Below, piece after piece: positions 1-8,872 of a DNA stretch of 64,000 bases (its first letter is position 1; each line of letters begins with the position of its first letter). A model generated the notes under the pieces. It ran no database searches, was not told where the DNA came from, and saw only the letters and a program-made list of their open reading frames with translations. This stretch comes from Bacillota bacterium (GTDB lineage Bacteria; Bacillota; JAAYKD01). The translations under genes were made by a program, and so were the position numbers. Where the stretch lies: contig OY762825.2 in the NCBI GenBank assembly GCA_963666425.2, forward strand, positions 2,336,001 through 2,400,000, read 5' to 3'.

Positions 1-37
<37 letters not shown>

Positions 38-68
38 ATATCCTGTCGACTAATCAACTGACTTCGGT

Positions 69-97
69 AGTATACATGAAAATAAGTTCTTTGTCAA
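69..97 (-). promoter_or_regulatory. sigA-type promoter for tRNA-fMet
   Basis: TTGACA-17 nt-TATACT on the minus strand upstream of the tRNA. Confidence 0.75.
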
Positions 98-195
98 GAG
101 GGAACAGAAAATAAAGCGAAACCCTGAAATAAAACACGTAATTTTCTCTTTACAAGTGTTTCAAATTATGTTAGTATACATCGTGTTCCAGTTAT

Positions 196-271
196 GGGTC
201 ATTAGCTCAGCTGGTAGAGCAGCTGACTCTTAATCAGCCTGTCCGGGGTTCGAATCCCTGATGGCCCACCA
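196..271 (+). tRNA. tRNA-Lys (anticodon CTT)
   Basis: 76-nt cloverleaf: GGGTCAT/ATGGCCC acceptor stem, GCTGA-CTCTTAA-TCAGC anticodon arm, GGTTCGAATCC T-arm, encoded CCA. Confidence 0.97.
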
Positions 272-284
272 TAGCATTTAGTAT

Positions 285-311
285 ACGAACTCCTTCACCG
301 GAGTTCGTTTT
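285..311 (+). terminator. Intrinsic terminator after tRNA-Lys
   Basis: ACGAACTCC-ttcacc-GGAGTTCGT hairpin followed by Ts. Confidence 0.7.
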
Positions 312-313
312 GC

Positions 314-375
314 TGTACCAAGGGGACGGGGGTATTGGCACAAAGTTGTGCCAATACCCCCGTCCCCTTGGTACA
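314..375. repeat. 62-bp palindromic repeat, copy 1 (REP-doublet-like)
   Basis: TGTACCAAGGGGACGGGGGTATTGGCACAA-ag-TTGTGCCAATACCCCCGTCCCCTTGGTACA; perfect 30-bp arms. Confidence 0.95.
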
Positions 376-376
376 T

Positions 377-496
377 GCAGATGGCAGCATCTCCGGCATC
401 GGCAGCAAAAAGCAAACAACCTTGCAGCGTCTTCTGGTAGATTGCCGAGCGGAAAAGATTGATCAGGTGATCAGCACCTCCCTTTTTACACGATGA
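377..496 (+). pseudogene. Serine recombinase (resolvase catalytic domain) fragment
   Basis: Translates ADGSISGIGSKKQTTLQRLLVDCRAEKIDQVISTS, resembling the resolvase consensus (Y)ADEGISGTSTKKR..FQRMI.DC.AGKID.IITKS; no start codon; begins at the palindrome edge. Confidence 0.65.
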
Positions 497-799
497 CGAA
501 GAAAAGGCCCCCTTTTACACACTATAATAGATCATTAGATAATTATAATAAAAATTAGTTAAAAAATATGATAATTATTATAATAATTATCATATAAAAT
601 GTGAAAACTGTGTTAAGATGAAATAGAGAGTCTAGAAAAATATCAGTAATTAGTAGAATGATGATCTTAGCGAAGGTAATGAACGCAATGATTTTTTCGT
701 TTAAGAGTATTTCCTTGGACAGTAAAGAAGTTTAGATAAGTACATCTATAATTGAAAACTTTTTTGATAATAGTATAACTCTGATTGATTGGAGATAAG

Positions 800-2401
800 A
801 TGATGAAAAAAAATAATGGAAACGAAAACCGAGCCAGAGAATTAGTGACAAAAGAAATTCAAGAAGAAAAAGTAAATAAGGAGTGGGAATATAATCGCAA
901 CTTGCTGGAAACAAACATTGACTCTCTCGTTACGATAGGATCGGATGGTATCATAACTGATGTCAATTCTGCAACCGAAAAGGTTACAGGACTTTCCAGA
1001 GAAAAGATTATCGGCACGGACTTTTCAAAATACTTTACCGATCCTGATAAGGCTCGTATCGGATATAAACAAGTTTTTGATGTTGGTAAGGTCGTCGATT
1101 ATGAACTGTATCTCAAACATATTAGTGGAGCAGTCATTCCTGTTTTATATAATGCCTCCGTCTATAAAGACGATGCAGGTGAAATAATGGGAGTGCTTGC
1201 TGTTGCAAGGGATATTTCCACCATAAAAAAACATGAAGAAGAGCTTATTAATTTTGAAAATAATCTTGAATTAAGCGTTCAACAAAAAACAGCAGAGCTA
1301 ATCGTCGCAAATAAAGAACTTATTTTTCAAAATGACGAAAAGGATAAAAGAGCAGCAGAGCTAGTCCTAGCAAATAAAGAACTCATCTTTCAAATCGGAG
1401 AGAAAGCAGACAGAGCGGCCGAACTAGTGATTGCCGATAAAGAACTGGCTTTTCAAATTGGTGAGAAAGCAGACCGCGCAGCAGAGTTGATTATTGCAAA
1501 TCGAGAGCTTATTCATCAAAATGAAGAAAAAGATAAACGAGCAGCAGAGTTAATCATAGCAAATAAAGAACTTATTTTTCAAAACGCAGAGAAGGAGAAG
1601 CGAGCAAGGGAGCTAGACTTTGCCAATAAAGAGCTTTTCATTGAACGGAAAAAAATAGAAGAACTCAACAACCAATTGGAAACTCGCGTCGCGGAGAGAA
1701 CGGCTCAACTTGAATCTGTGAATAAAGAGTTAGAGGAGCTTTCTTATTCCATATCTCATGATCTGAAAGCGCCTTTAAGATATATCACAGGATACATTTC
1801 GTTATTAATGAAAAAACACATGAACCTGCTTCCTGAAGAAGGTCGTCGTTATCTTGACAACATTTCTTCTTCCGCTATCAACATGGGAGAATTGATTGAT
1901 GGATTGCTTCGATTTTCAAGAACCGGAAGAATAGAAATGAACCAAAAGCTGCTCGATATGAATGAAGTAGTGGATGCCTTGATTCAATCCAATAAAGAAC
2001 AGGATCAACAACACAGAATAGAATTCCATATTAGCCACTTGCCGCCTGCTTTCGGTGACCTTGAAATGATCAATTCAATCTGGAATAACCTGATTGAAAA
2101 CGCAATCAAATTTTCCAGGAAAAAGGAGCTTGCGAAAATATCCATTGGCGCAGAGACAAACGAGACTGAAGTTATTTACTATATCAAGGATAATGGGGTA
2201 GGTTTCGATATGAACTACGCAGCAAGATTATTTACAGCTTTTCAACGTTTGCACGGTCGTGAGGATTTCGAGGGTACCGGGATAGGCCTTGCTACAGTCA
2301 AAAAAATGATAACAAGACACGGCGGGAGAATTTGGGCTGAAGGTAAAGTCGGAGAAGGTGCAGCCTTCTACTTCACTTTAATCAAAACAGAGGGGGAATA
2401 A
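800..2401 (+). CDS. Cytoplasmic PAS sensor histidine kinase with 21-aa coiled-coil repeats (Cph1/phytochrome-type HisKA-HATPase)
   Basis: PAS domain (DSLVTIGSDG..TDVNSATE), H-box SYSISHDLKAPLR, N-box NLIENAIKF, G1 DNGVGF, G2 GTGIGLA; GGAG RBS before ATG 800. Confidence 0.93.
   Translation: MMKKNNGNENRARELVTKEIQEEKVNKEWEYNRNLLETNIDSLVTIGSDGIITDVNSATEKVTGLSREKIIGTDFSKYFTDPDKARIGYKQVFDVGKVVDYELYLKHISGAVIPVLYNASVYKDDAGEIMGVLAVARDISTIKKHEEELINFENNLELSVQQKTAELIVANKELIFQNDEKDKRAAELVLANKELIFQIGEKADRAAELVIADKELAFQIGEKADRAAELIIANRELIHQNEEKDKRAAELIIANKELIFQNAEKEKRARELDFANKELFIERKKIEELNNQLETRVAERTAQLESVNKELEELSYSISHDLKAPLRYITGYISLLMKKHMNLLPEEGRRYLDNISSSAINMGELIDGLLRFSRTGRIEMNQKLLDMNEVVDALIQSNKEQDQQHRIEFHISHLPPAFGDLEMINSIWNNLIENAIKFSRKKELAKISIGAETNETEVIYYIKDNGVGFDMNYAARLFTAFQRLHGREDFEGTGIGLATVKKMITRHGGRIWAEGKVGEGAAFYFTLIKTEGE
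1285..1640 (+). repeat. About six 63-bp (21-aa) tandem repeats EKxKRAAELxIANKELxFQNx in the kinase
   Basis: Visible in both translation and DNA. Confidence 0.9.
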
Positions 2402-2405
2402 AAGA

Positions 2406-2840
2406 ATGGTAATGAAAGCTATTCTCTATGTCGAGGACAACCCGTTGGATATTGATCTGACTTTGGAAGCATTCAAAGAGAATAAAATTGCAAATCCAAT
2501 CGTTGTGGTGCATGATGGTATAGAAGCATTGGAGTATTTAAGGCGTGAAGGCCCGTTTCAAGATAGAAAAACAAAAAACCCCAGTATGATTCTTTTGGAT
2601 TTGAAAATGCCAAGAATGAATGGGTTGGAATTCCTGGCAATTGTAAAAAAAGATAAGAAATTCAAAAGAATTCCTATTATTATGCTTACTTCCTCACGGG
2701 AGGAAACGGATTTAATAAAAGGGTATGACCTAGGGATCAATGCCTATATTGTCAAACCGGTTAATTTTGATTCTTTAATAGATATAGTAAAACAGATGGT
2801 AGACTTTTGGTTGATTATCAACGAATTACCCACAGAATGA
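2406..2840 (+). CDS. Single-domain response regulator (Rcp1-like)
   Basis: ILYVEDN, LLDLKMPRMNG, IMLTSS, NAYIVKPV motifs. Confidence 0.93.
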   Translation: MVMKAILYVEDNPLDIDLTLEAFKENKIANPIVVVHDGIEALEYLRREGPFQDRKTKNPSMILLDLKMPRMNGLEFLAIVKKDKKFKRIPIIMLTSSREETDLIKGYDLGINAYIVKPVNFDSLIDIVKQMVDFWLIINELPTE

Positions 2841-2850
2841 AAGGGAACTT

Positions 2851-3669
2851 ATGACTATTGTAAATGAAAAAGGATATCCATTACGCATCCTGTCTCTGGA
2901 AGACTCTCCTATGGATGCTGAACTGATTAAAGAGTATTTAATTGAAAATTTCGGATCCGAAATCGAATTCAAAGTGGTCGCAAATGAAGCGGATTTTATT
3001 TCAGCGATATCTCTAGATAAATATGACCTGATTTTAGCGGACTTCATTTTACCCGGATTTAACGGCTTCGCGGCATTGGCGCATACAAAATCGATCTGCC
3101 CATCCACGCCGTTTTTATGTGTATCCGGATTCATAGGAGAAGAAGCTGCCGTGGAACTTTTGAAGCAAGGCGCGACGGATTATATTTTGAAGGGCGGGTT
3201 GGGGCGTCTGAAATATTCTATGGAAAGAGCGCTCAAGGAATCAAAAGAAAATGAAGAAAAAGAAAAGCGAGCCGCAGAGTTAATCATAGCTAATAAAGAA
3301 CTTGTTTTCCAGAACGATGAAAAAGATAAAAGAGCAGCCGAGTTAGTCATAGCTAATAAAGAACTCGTTTTTCAAAACAAAGAGAAAGAGAAGCGTGCAT
3401 CTGAATTAATTGTTGCGAATAAAGAGCTTGCCTTTCAAAATAAAGAAAAGGATAAAAGAGCAGCCGAACTAGCCATTGCCGATAAAGAGCTTGTTTTTCA
3501 GACCGGAGAGAAGGCAGACAGAGCAACAGAGCTAATCCTTATCATTAAAGAGCTTGCTCTTAAAAATGAAGAGATTTCGCGCATTAAATACAACAATTTT
3601 TTAACGGAAATTCATAATGGAAATTACTTGGCAAATGAGAAAAAGCGACTTGAAGCCCCAAGAAAATAA
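2851..3669 (+). CDS. Response regulator (REC + five 21-aa repeats), apparently truncated at the start of a GGDEF output domain
   Basis: LSLEDS, LILADFILPG, GATDYILK receiver motifs; C-terminal YNNFLTEIHNGNY resembles the GGDEF lead-in YHDxLTGLYNRRY. Confidence 0.8.
   Translation: MTIVNEKGYPLRILSLEDSPMDAELIKEYLIENFGSEIEFKVVANEADFISAISLDKYDLILADFILPGFNGFAALAHTKSICPSTPFLCVSGFIGEEAAVELLKQGATDYILKGGLGRLKYSMERALKESKENEEKEKRAAELIIANKELVFQNDEKDKRAAELVIANKELVFQNKEKEKRASELIVANKELAFQNKEKDKRAAELAIADKELVFQTGEKADRATELILIIKELALKNEEISRIKYNNFLTEIHNGNYLANEKKRLEAPRK
3259..3570 (+). repeat. Five 63-bp (21-aa) tandem repeats, same family as in the kinase
   Basis: KEKRAAELIIANKELVFQNDE-type units. Confidence 0.9.
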
Positions 3670-3684
3670 CCTAAGTGCTTGGAG

Positions 3685-3742
3685 CCAAGGGGACGGGGGT
3701 GTTGGCACAACGTTGTGCCAACACCCCCGTCCCCTTGGTACA
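3685..3742. repeat. Palindromic repeat, copy 2
   Basis: CCAAGGGGACGGGGGTGTTGGCACAA-cg-TTGTGCCAACACCCCCGTCCCCTTGG-TACA. Confidence 0.95.
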
Positions 3743-3893
3743 CTTATTTAATGGATGATAGGCTGGTGGCGGTGCTTTCTTGTGTGGAAATATAAAAAGG
3801 GCTATCTCATCATGAATCCGAATTTGATGAGGTAGTCCCTAATTCTGAAGTTATACTTTGGTGATTTGCCTATTATGCTTGACGGAGGCGGTT

Positions 3894-4714
3894 TTAGTAA
3901 CCTTTTACCTCTAGGACAACTTCCTTTTCTGTATTTTCTTCTTTAATTAGAACGGGAAGTGGTTTTGGTTGGCTTCTGATCATTTTATCTACTTTCTTCT
4001 TAGCTTCAAGTGCTTTCTCACCATCAAAGACTTCTCTTTTTATAATCTCATCGACAAGGATTTGTTTTATTTCATCGTTTGATATTTTCGCTTCTGAAGA
4101 TAGCTTCTTGAGTTGTTTTCTTAGCGTGTCAAGAACCATCTCAGAAAGAAGTAATTGGCCGATGGTAAAGCGATTTACTAGTTGCTTTTGAATATGATAG
4201 TCGTCTAGTGACGCTTTACTTGATTTAGCCATACTTTCTTTTGTTAAGTAATATAATAATTCGAGATCACTTTGCCTTTTAGTATTAATTTTGGTAAAAT
4301 CAAATTCGTATACTAATTCTAGGTTAATTGGCCTGCTGAAAGTAATTTTGTAAACTCTCCACTCTACACCATTGGTAAGGATAATCCAATCTATGCCGGA
4401 ATTCGAACCATAATCTGCTGCTTGTTTAGTGTGCTGCTCCTTGAGTATCATTCCAGCTGCTTTCACTTCGATGATAAGTCGGATATCTCCATCCAGTTTG
4501 ATTGCTAAATCGCAGAAGGTATGTTTGATTGATAGCTCGGAAGTAATTTCGTCAAACTTGTCATAGCCAAAAATCTGACGGTCAATACATCGTTTATTAT
4601 AACAACTGTATCGCTTTCATTGATATCTCGATCTCTGGCTTTTGTCAAAATAGGTTGAAATTTCTTAACCCCTGTTGTCAATCGATCTTTTACTTTTACC
4701 GGTATGTTAATCAC
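3894..4714 (-). pseudogene. Stand-alone type I restriction HsdR N-terminal-like PD-(D/E)xK nuclease, frameshifted near 4578
   Basis: Joining two frames gives MINIP..NESDTVVII..IFGYDKFDEITSE..CDLAIKLDG..IIEVKAAG..QAADYG..WIILTNGVEW; GGAGG RBS before GTG 4714. Confidence 0.8.
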
Positions 4715-4841
4715 TTGATCCCTCCTTGTCAAAATAGAAATCGAATTGTAGTTATAAAATCCATTCTATGACAAATGATTAATATCCTTCAAAAATAGTT
4801 TTATTCTGTTTCTAAATGTTGAGATTTTTCAGAGATAAAAA

Positions 4842-4902
4842 TACCAAGGGGACGGGGGTGTTGGCTCAAACGCTGTGCCAACACCCCCGTCCCCCTGGTA
4901 CA
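4842..4902. repeat. Palindromic repeat, copy 3 (slightly degenerate)
   Basis: TACCAAGGGGACGGGGGTGTTGGCTCAAACGCTGTGCCAACACCCCCGTCCCCCTGGTACA; abuts the stop codon of the next gene. Confidence 0.93.
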
Positions 4903-5496
4903 CTAGAAGCAAATATACAGCACGATAAGACACAGCAAAAAAGCAAGTACTGCGGAGAACGCTCCTAAAAGCAGCTCTGTTAACGTATGACGTTTCAGCG
5001 TCAGTGAAGACCACAGGATGGCTCCAAAAAGCAACAGACAAGGAATGATGGTCTTGTTGCCGATAAAGTATACCGTCAGCAGCAACAGACCCGTTACGCT
5101 GCAGGCGTGACCGCTTGCTCTTACCCCCACCACCCGATTAAAAAGGGTCAGTATCAATACCGAAGCAAGATAAACCAGAAAGATAAAGAGCAGTTTTTTA
5201 CTCACTCCGGCGATGATACCAGAGAGCACGGCACCGGTATAGCCAACAAAACTGAGTATGAATGCCAAGTTCCGCTGCCCGTTTTTCCCCTTGGCTTTGC
5301 AGCGGGGAGAAAAGTGGGAAAACGGATATGCCAGCAGGGGTATGACTGTGAGAAAAAAAACAGACAGCAACAGCTCACTCAAACCGGTAAAAATGCCCTT
5401 GTTATGAAAGAACAAAAACAGTAGCAGTGCCAGAATCATCAGCGGCGGCACCGTGATGACGCGGATTGCCTGGGCTGCTTTTTCTCGCCTAGTCAT
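4903..5496 (-). CDS. Integral membrane protein, PAP2-like phosphatase
   Basis: Multiple TM segments; RASGHA and LKRHTLTE motifs like PAP2 C2/C3; ATG overlaps the DegV stop. Confidence 0.65.
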   Translation of the reverse strand: MTRREKAAQAIRVITVPPLMILALLLFLFFHNKGIFTGLSELLLSVFFLTVIPLLAYPFSHFSPRCKAKGKNGQRNLAFILSFVGYTGAVLSGIIAGVSKKLLFIFLVYLASVLILTLFNRVVGVRASGHACSVTGLLLLTVYFIGNKTIIPCLLLFGAILWSSLTLKRHTLTELLLGAFSAVLAFLLCLIVLYICF

Positions 5497-6376
5497 TGCG
5501 GGCGTCACCCCAGAAGAATAGTGCTACCGTACCTGGTCCGGTGTGGCTGCCAATCGTCGTGCCAACGGGGTTGATTTCCACTGAGCCGTTCAGGTTTTTG
5601 AAGCGTTTTTCCACAAGGTCGGCGACAGTACGAGCGTCTTCATAGCAGCCGGCATTTGAAATATAACACTTACCGGCGTATGACAGCCCTCCCTGCGCGT
5701 GTTCCGCCATGCGATCCACGATCTCCTTGATCACACGTTTTTTGCTGCGCACTTTTTTTCGGGGTATCAGTTTGCCGTTACAATCCATATTAAGCAAAGG
5801 GCAGATGTCAAGCAAGCTGCCAACGAAGCCGGCTGCTTTTGAAATACGGCCACCCTTTATGTAATATTCCAACGTGGTGGAAAAGAACCAATGGTGCATC
5901 TCCAATTTATGTTCTTCTATCCAAGCATACAGGCTATCCAGATCCATCCCGGCAGCTCTTTTTTCAGCCAGTGTATCCATAATCAGCCCGTATCCGGAAG
6001 AGGCTCCCAGCGAATCCACGATGTAAACTTTACGCTGTGGAAAGCGCTCCTGCAAAATGCCCTTGGCAATGTGCGCCGAGTTGATCACGCCCGTCAATCC
6101 CGACGAGAGACAGACGTGCAGAATATCACGTCCTTCTTCGAGAAAAGGGGTGAAATAGGCAACAAACTCGTCCACATTTACCTGGGATGTTACCGTTACA
6201 ACACCTCTTGCCATAGCCCTGTAAAAATCGTCAAAAGAAATCGAGTTTCCCAAATCATCCAAATACTGCTTCCCATCCAAAGAAAAGTGAAAGCAAACAT
6301 AATGAATATCCTTTTTGGCAAAATGCTCGGCACTCAAATCTGTGGTTGAACAGCAACTTAAGATATAGTTTTGCAT
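5489..6376 (-). CDS. DegV family fatty-acid-binding protein (FakB-like)
   Basis: TSQVN, LSSGLTG, VDSLGASSGYG, GGRISK, IGSHTGPGTVALFF motifs. Confidence 0.95.
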   Translation of the reverse strand: MQNYILSCCSTTDLSAEHFAKKDIHYVCFHFSLDGKQYLDDLGNSISFDDFYRAMARGVVTVTSQVNVDEFVAYFTPFLEEGRDILHVCLSSGLTGVINSAHIAKGILQERFPQRKVYIVDSLGASSGYGLIMDTLAEKRAAGMDLDSLYAWIEEHKLEMHHWFFSTTLEYYIKGGRISKAAGFVGSLLDICPLLNMDCNGKLIPRKKVRSKKRVIKEIVDRMAEHAQGGLSYAGKCYISNAGCYEDARTVADLVEKRFKNLNGSVEINPVGTTIGSHTGPGTVALFFWGDARND

Positions 6377-6516
6377 AAATGACCTCCAAATATAACTTAC
6401 AATTTGACAGCTAACTTAACACATGGTAAAATTATAGCACTTATAAAAAAGCGATACAATTTACACAAATGGATATTTGTTAGATACCTATACAGAAACG
6501 GCGGAGTGTATAATCA

Positions 6517-7110
6517 ATGGCAGAAGATAAGCGAATCCGAAAAACAAAACAATACATCAAGCAGGCTTTAATCAAACTACTCACCGAAAAATCTTTTGAA
6601 CAGATCACGGTTACCGAGCTGTGCAAAATATCAGACATCAGCCGTATTACTTTTTATGCCCACTATAATGACAAATTCACGCTGGTTGACGAAATGTTCA
6701 CTGAAATGCTGGAAAGCGCTACCAGAGATTACCGCAACAGTCAAAAGGAAAACAACCCCGCGAATGATACCATACAAACCTTCTGCAATCTGCTGGATTG
6801 TATTCTAAATCTCTATAACGAGCATATGTCGTTGCTAACCTACACCACAATTGATAAAAACCCCTATTTATATTACATGTTTTACAGTTACATTGTCCGG
6901 AGTATTGAACTGGTAATGACTCACAGAGACAAAGTCATAAAGCCGAAATATGCCATCAAGCAGGTCAGTGGTTTTATCTGCAACAGCCTCTGGGCATTCA
7001 TCAGCGAGGCGAAAACAGAAGGAAGCAATATCGCTGTGGTGCGAAAAGACGCGAAGGAAGTATTAATTGGCATCTTGGAGGCCAATATCGTAACGGAAAA
7101 GCGGGCTTAA
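6517..7110 (+). CDS. TetR/AcrR family regulator, divergent from degV
   Basis: DKRIRKTK..ITVTELCKISDISRITFYAHY HTH. Confidence 0.93.
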   Translation: MAEDKRIRKTKQYIKQALIKLLTEKSFEQITVTELCKISDISRITFYAHYNDKFTLVDEMFTEMLESATRDYRNSQKENNPANDTIQTFCNLLDCILNLYNEHMSLLTYTTIDKNPYLYYMFYSYIVRSIELVMTHRDKVIKPKYAIKQVSGFICNSLWAFISEAKTEGSNIAVVRKDAKEVLIGILEANIVTEKRA

Positions 7111-7124
7111 GAACCATTAAAAGA

Positions 7125-7145
7125 GCAATGGAAGCGTCCCCTTGC
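7125..7145. repeat. Variant single half-unit of the palindromic repeat family
   Basis: GCAA-TGGAAGCGTCCCC-TTGC: same 13-nt loop ending CGTCCCC, closed by a shorter stem. Confidence 0.5.
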
Positions 7146-7342
7146 GATACGATTGATATTTTCTCGCTGTTCAACTTAGGTTTTTTTGACTTGTATTGAC
7201 AAAAACCTCAAAAAAAACAGCTGCAACCGGCTTGAGAAATACTTAATTTCTGCTCCGAAGTTCTTCCGGCATGCGGGTGAATTGTGAAGGGACATCCGGA
7301 ATTGGCTGGTTCGGTAAGATCAAAACATTGGAGGTGTAGACG

Positions 7343-8872
7343 ATGACAGAAAAAAACCGCACTTATATTGCAATTGACTTGAAGTCATTCTTCGCTTCCG
7401 TGGAGTGCATCGAGCGCGGGCTTGACCCCATGACGACGAACCTTGTGGTTGCAGATGCCAGCCGCACGGAAAAGACCATCTGCCTTGCGGTTTCTCCATC
7501 ACTGAAAGCACACGGTATTTCGGGACGCGCCCGTTTGTTTGAAGTCGTGCAGAAGATGAAAGAAGTGAATGCCAAGCGTCAGTCGAAAGCACCCGGCCGC
7601 AAATTCAGCGGTGAGTCTTACAACACCGCCGTGCTGAAGACATCACCGGAACTTGCGATTTCTTATATCATTGCACCGCCCCAAATGGCACACTACATAG
7701 AGTGCAGCACCCGGATTCACCAAATCTATCTGAAATACGTCGCACCCGAGGATATCCATGTTTATTCAATCGACGAGGTATTCATCGACGCTACGAATTA
7801 TCTGAACACCTATCAGCTCACACCGCATGAAATGACGATGATGCTGATTCAGGATGTGCTTAAAACCACAGGCGTTACGGCAACAGCCGGAATCGGAACG
7901 AATCTCTATCTTGCTAAAATCGCCATGGATATTCATGCCAAGCACATCGCACCCGATAAGGACGGCGTCCGCATCGCAGAACTGGACGAAATGAGTTACC
8001 GGCAGTTTTTTTGGACACATCAGCCACTCACGGATTTTTGGCGCGTCGGTAAAGGCTACGCCACCAAACTGGAAGCAAACGGAATCTACACAATGGGGGA
8101 TGTGGCGCGCTGTTCCTTGGGAAAGCCGCAGGAGCATCACAATGAGGACTTGCTTTATAAGCTCTTCGGCATCAATGCAGAATTACTCATCGACCACGCT
8201 TGGGGTTGGGAGCCTTGCACGATAGCTGAAATTAAAGCGTACTCGCCAAGCACGAGCAGCATCAGCTCAGGGCAGGTGCTGCAAAGCCCATATTCTTTTG
8301 ACAAAGCAAAACTGATTGTGCGTGAGATGACCGACCTTCTCGTCCTGGATTTGGTTGATAAAAAGCTTGTGACCGACCAGCTTGTGCTGAGCATTGGTTA
8401 CGACATCGAGAACCTGACAAACCCGCAGATCAGCCGTGCCTACCATGGCGAGATAACCACCGATCATTATGGGCGCAAGATACCAAAACATGCCCACGGC
8501 ACAGCGAAAATCGGTCGGCAAACCTCATCAACCATGCTCATTACGAATGCCGTTATGGAACTGTTTGACCGCATCATCGATCAAAATTTGCTTGTCAGGC
8601 GGATTAACGTCGCGGCTTGCCGTCTCGCAAGGGAAGACAGCGCCAAGCAGCCGGACACTTTTGAGCAGCTCGACATGTTTACCGATTACGAAGCAATCAA
8701 AAAGAAAAATGCCGAAGAAGAGACAGCGCTGGCACGTGAAAAGCGAATTCAGGAAGCGGTGCTGACGATAAAGAAAAAGTACGGCAAGAACGCCGTACTA
8801 AAAGGTATGAATCTTGAAGAAGGAGCCACCACCCTCGCCCGTAATAAGCAGATTGGAGGACACAAGGCATGA
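7343..8872 (+). CDS. Y-family translesion DNA polymerase (UmuC/ImpB/UvrX type)
   Basis: IAIDLKSFFASVE, YSIDEVFID, TAGIGTNLYLAKIAMD motifs; C-terminal QLDMF clamp motif and RNKQIGGHKA end. Confidence 0.95.
   Translation: MTEKNRTYIAIDLKSFFASVECIERGLDPMTTNLVVADASRTEKTICLAVSPSLKAHGISGRARLFEVVQKMKEVNAKRQSKAPGRKFSGESYNTAVLKTSPELAISYIIAPPQMAHYIECSTRIHQIYLKYVAPEDIHVYSIDEVFIDATNYLNTYQLTPHEMTMMLIQDVLKTTGVTATAGIGTNLYLAKIAMDIHAKHIAPDKDGVRIAELDEMSYRQFFWTHQPLTDFWRVGKGYATKLEANGIYTMGDVARCSLGKPQEHHNEDLLYKLFGINAELLIDHAWGWEPCTIAEIKAYSPSTSSISSGQVLQSPYSFDKAKLIVREMTDLLVLDLVDKKLVTDQLVLSIGYDIENLTNPQISRAYHGEITTDHYGRKIPKHAHGTAKIGRQTSSTMLITNAVMELFDRIIDQNLLVRRINVAACRLAREDSAKQPDTFEQLDMFTDYEAIKKKNAEEETALAREKRIQEAVLTIKKKYGKNAVLKGMNLEEGATTLARNKQIGGHKA

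Noticed and set aside
234-419. ORFs containing VPRGRG.WHNFVP.PPSPWY (also 4829-5041 and the tail of 9358-9711)
   Set aside because: The shared peptide is simply the translation of the palindromic DNA repeat; this ORF also overlaps the tRNA.
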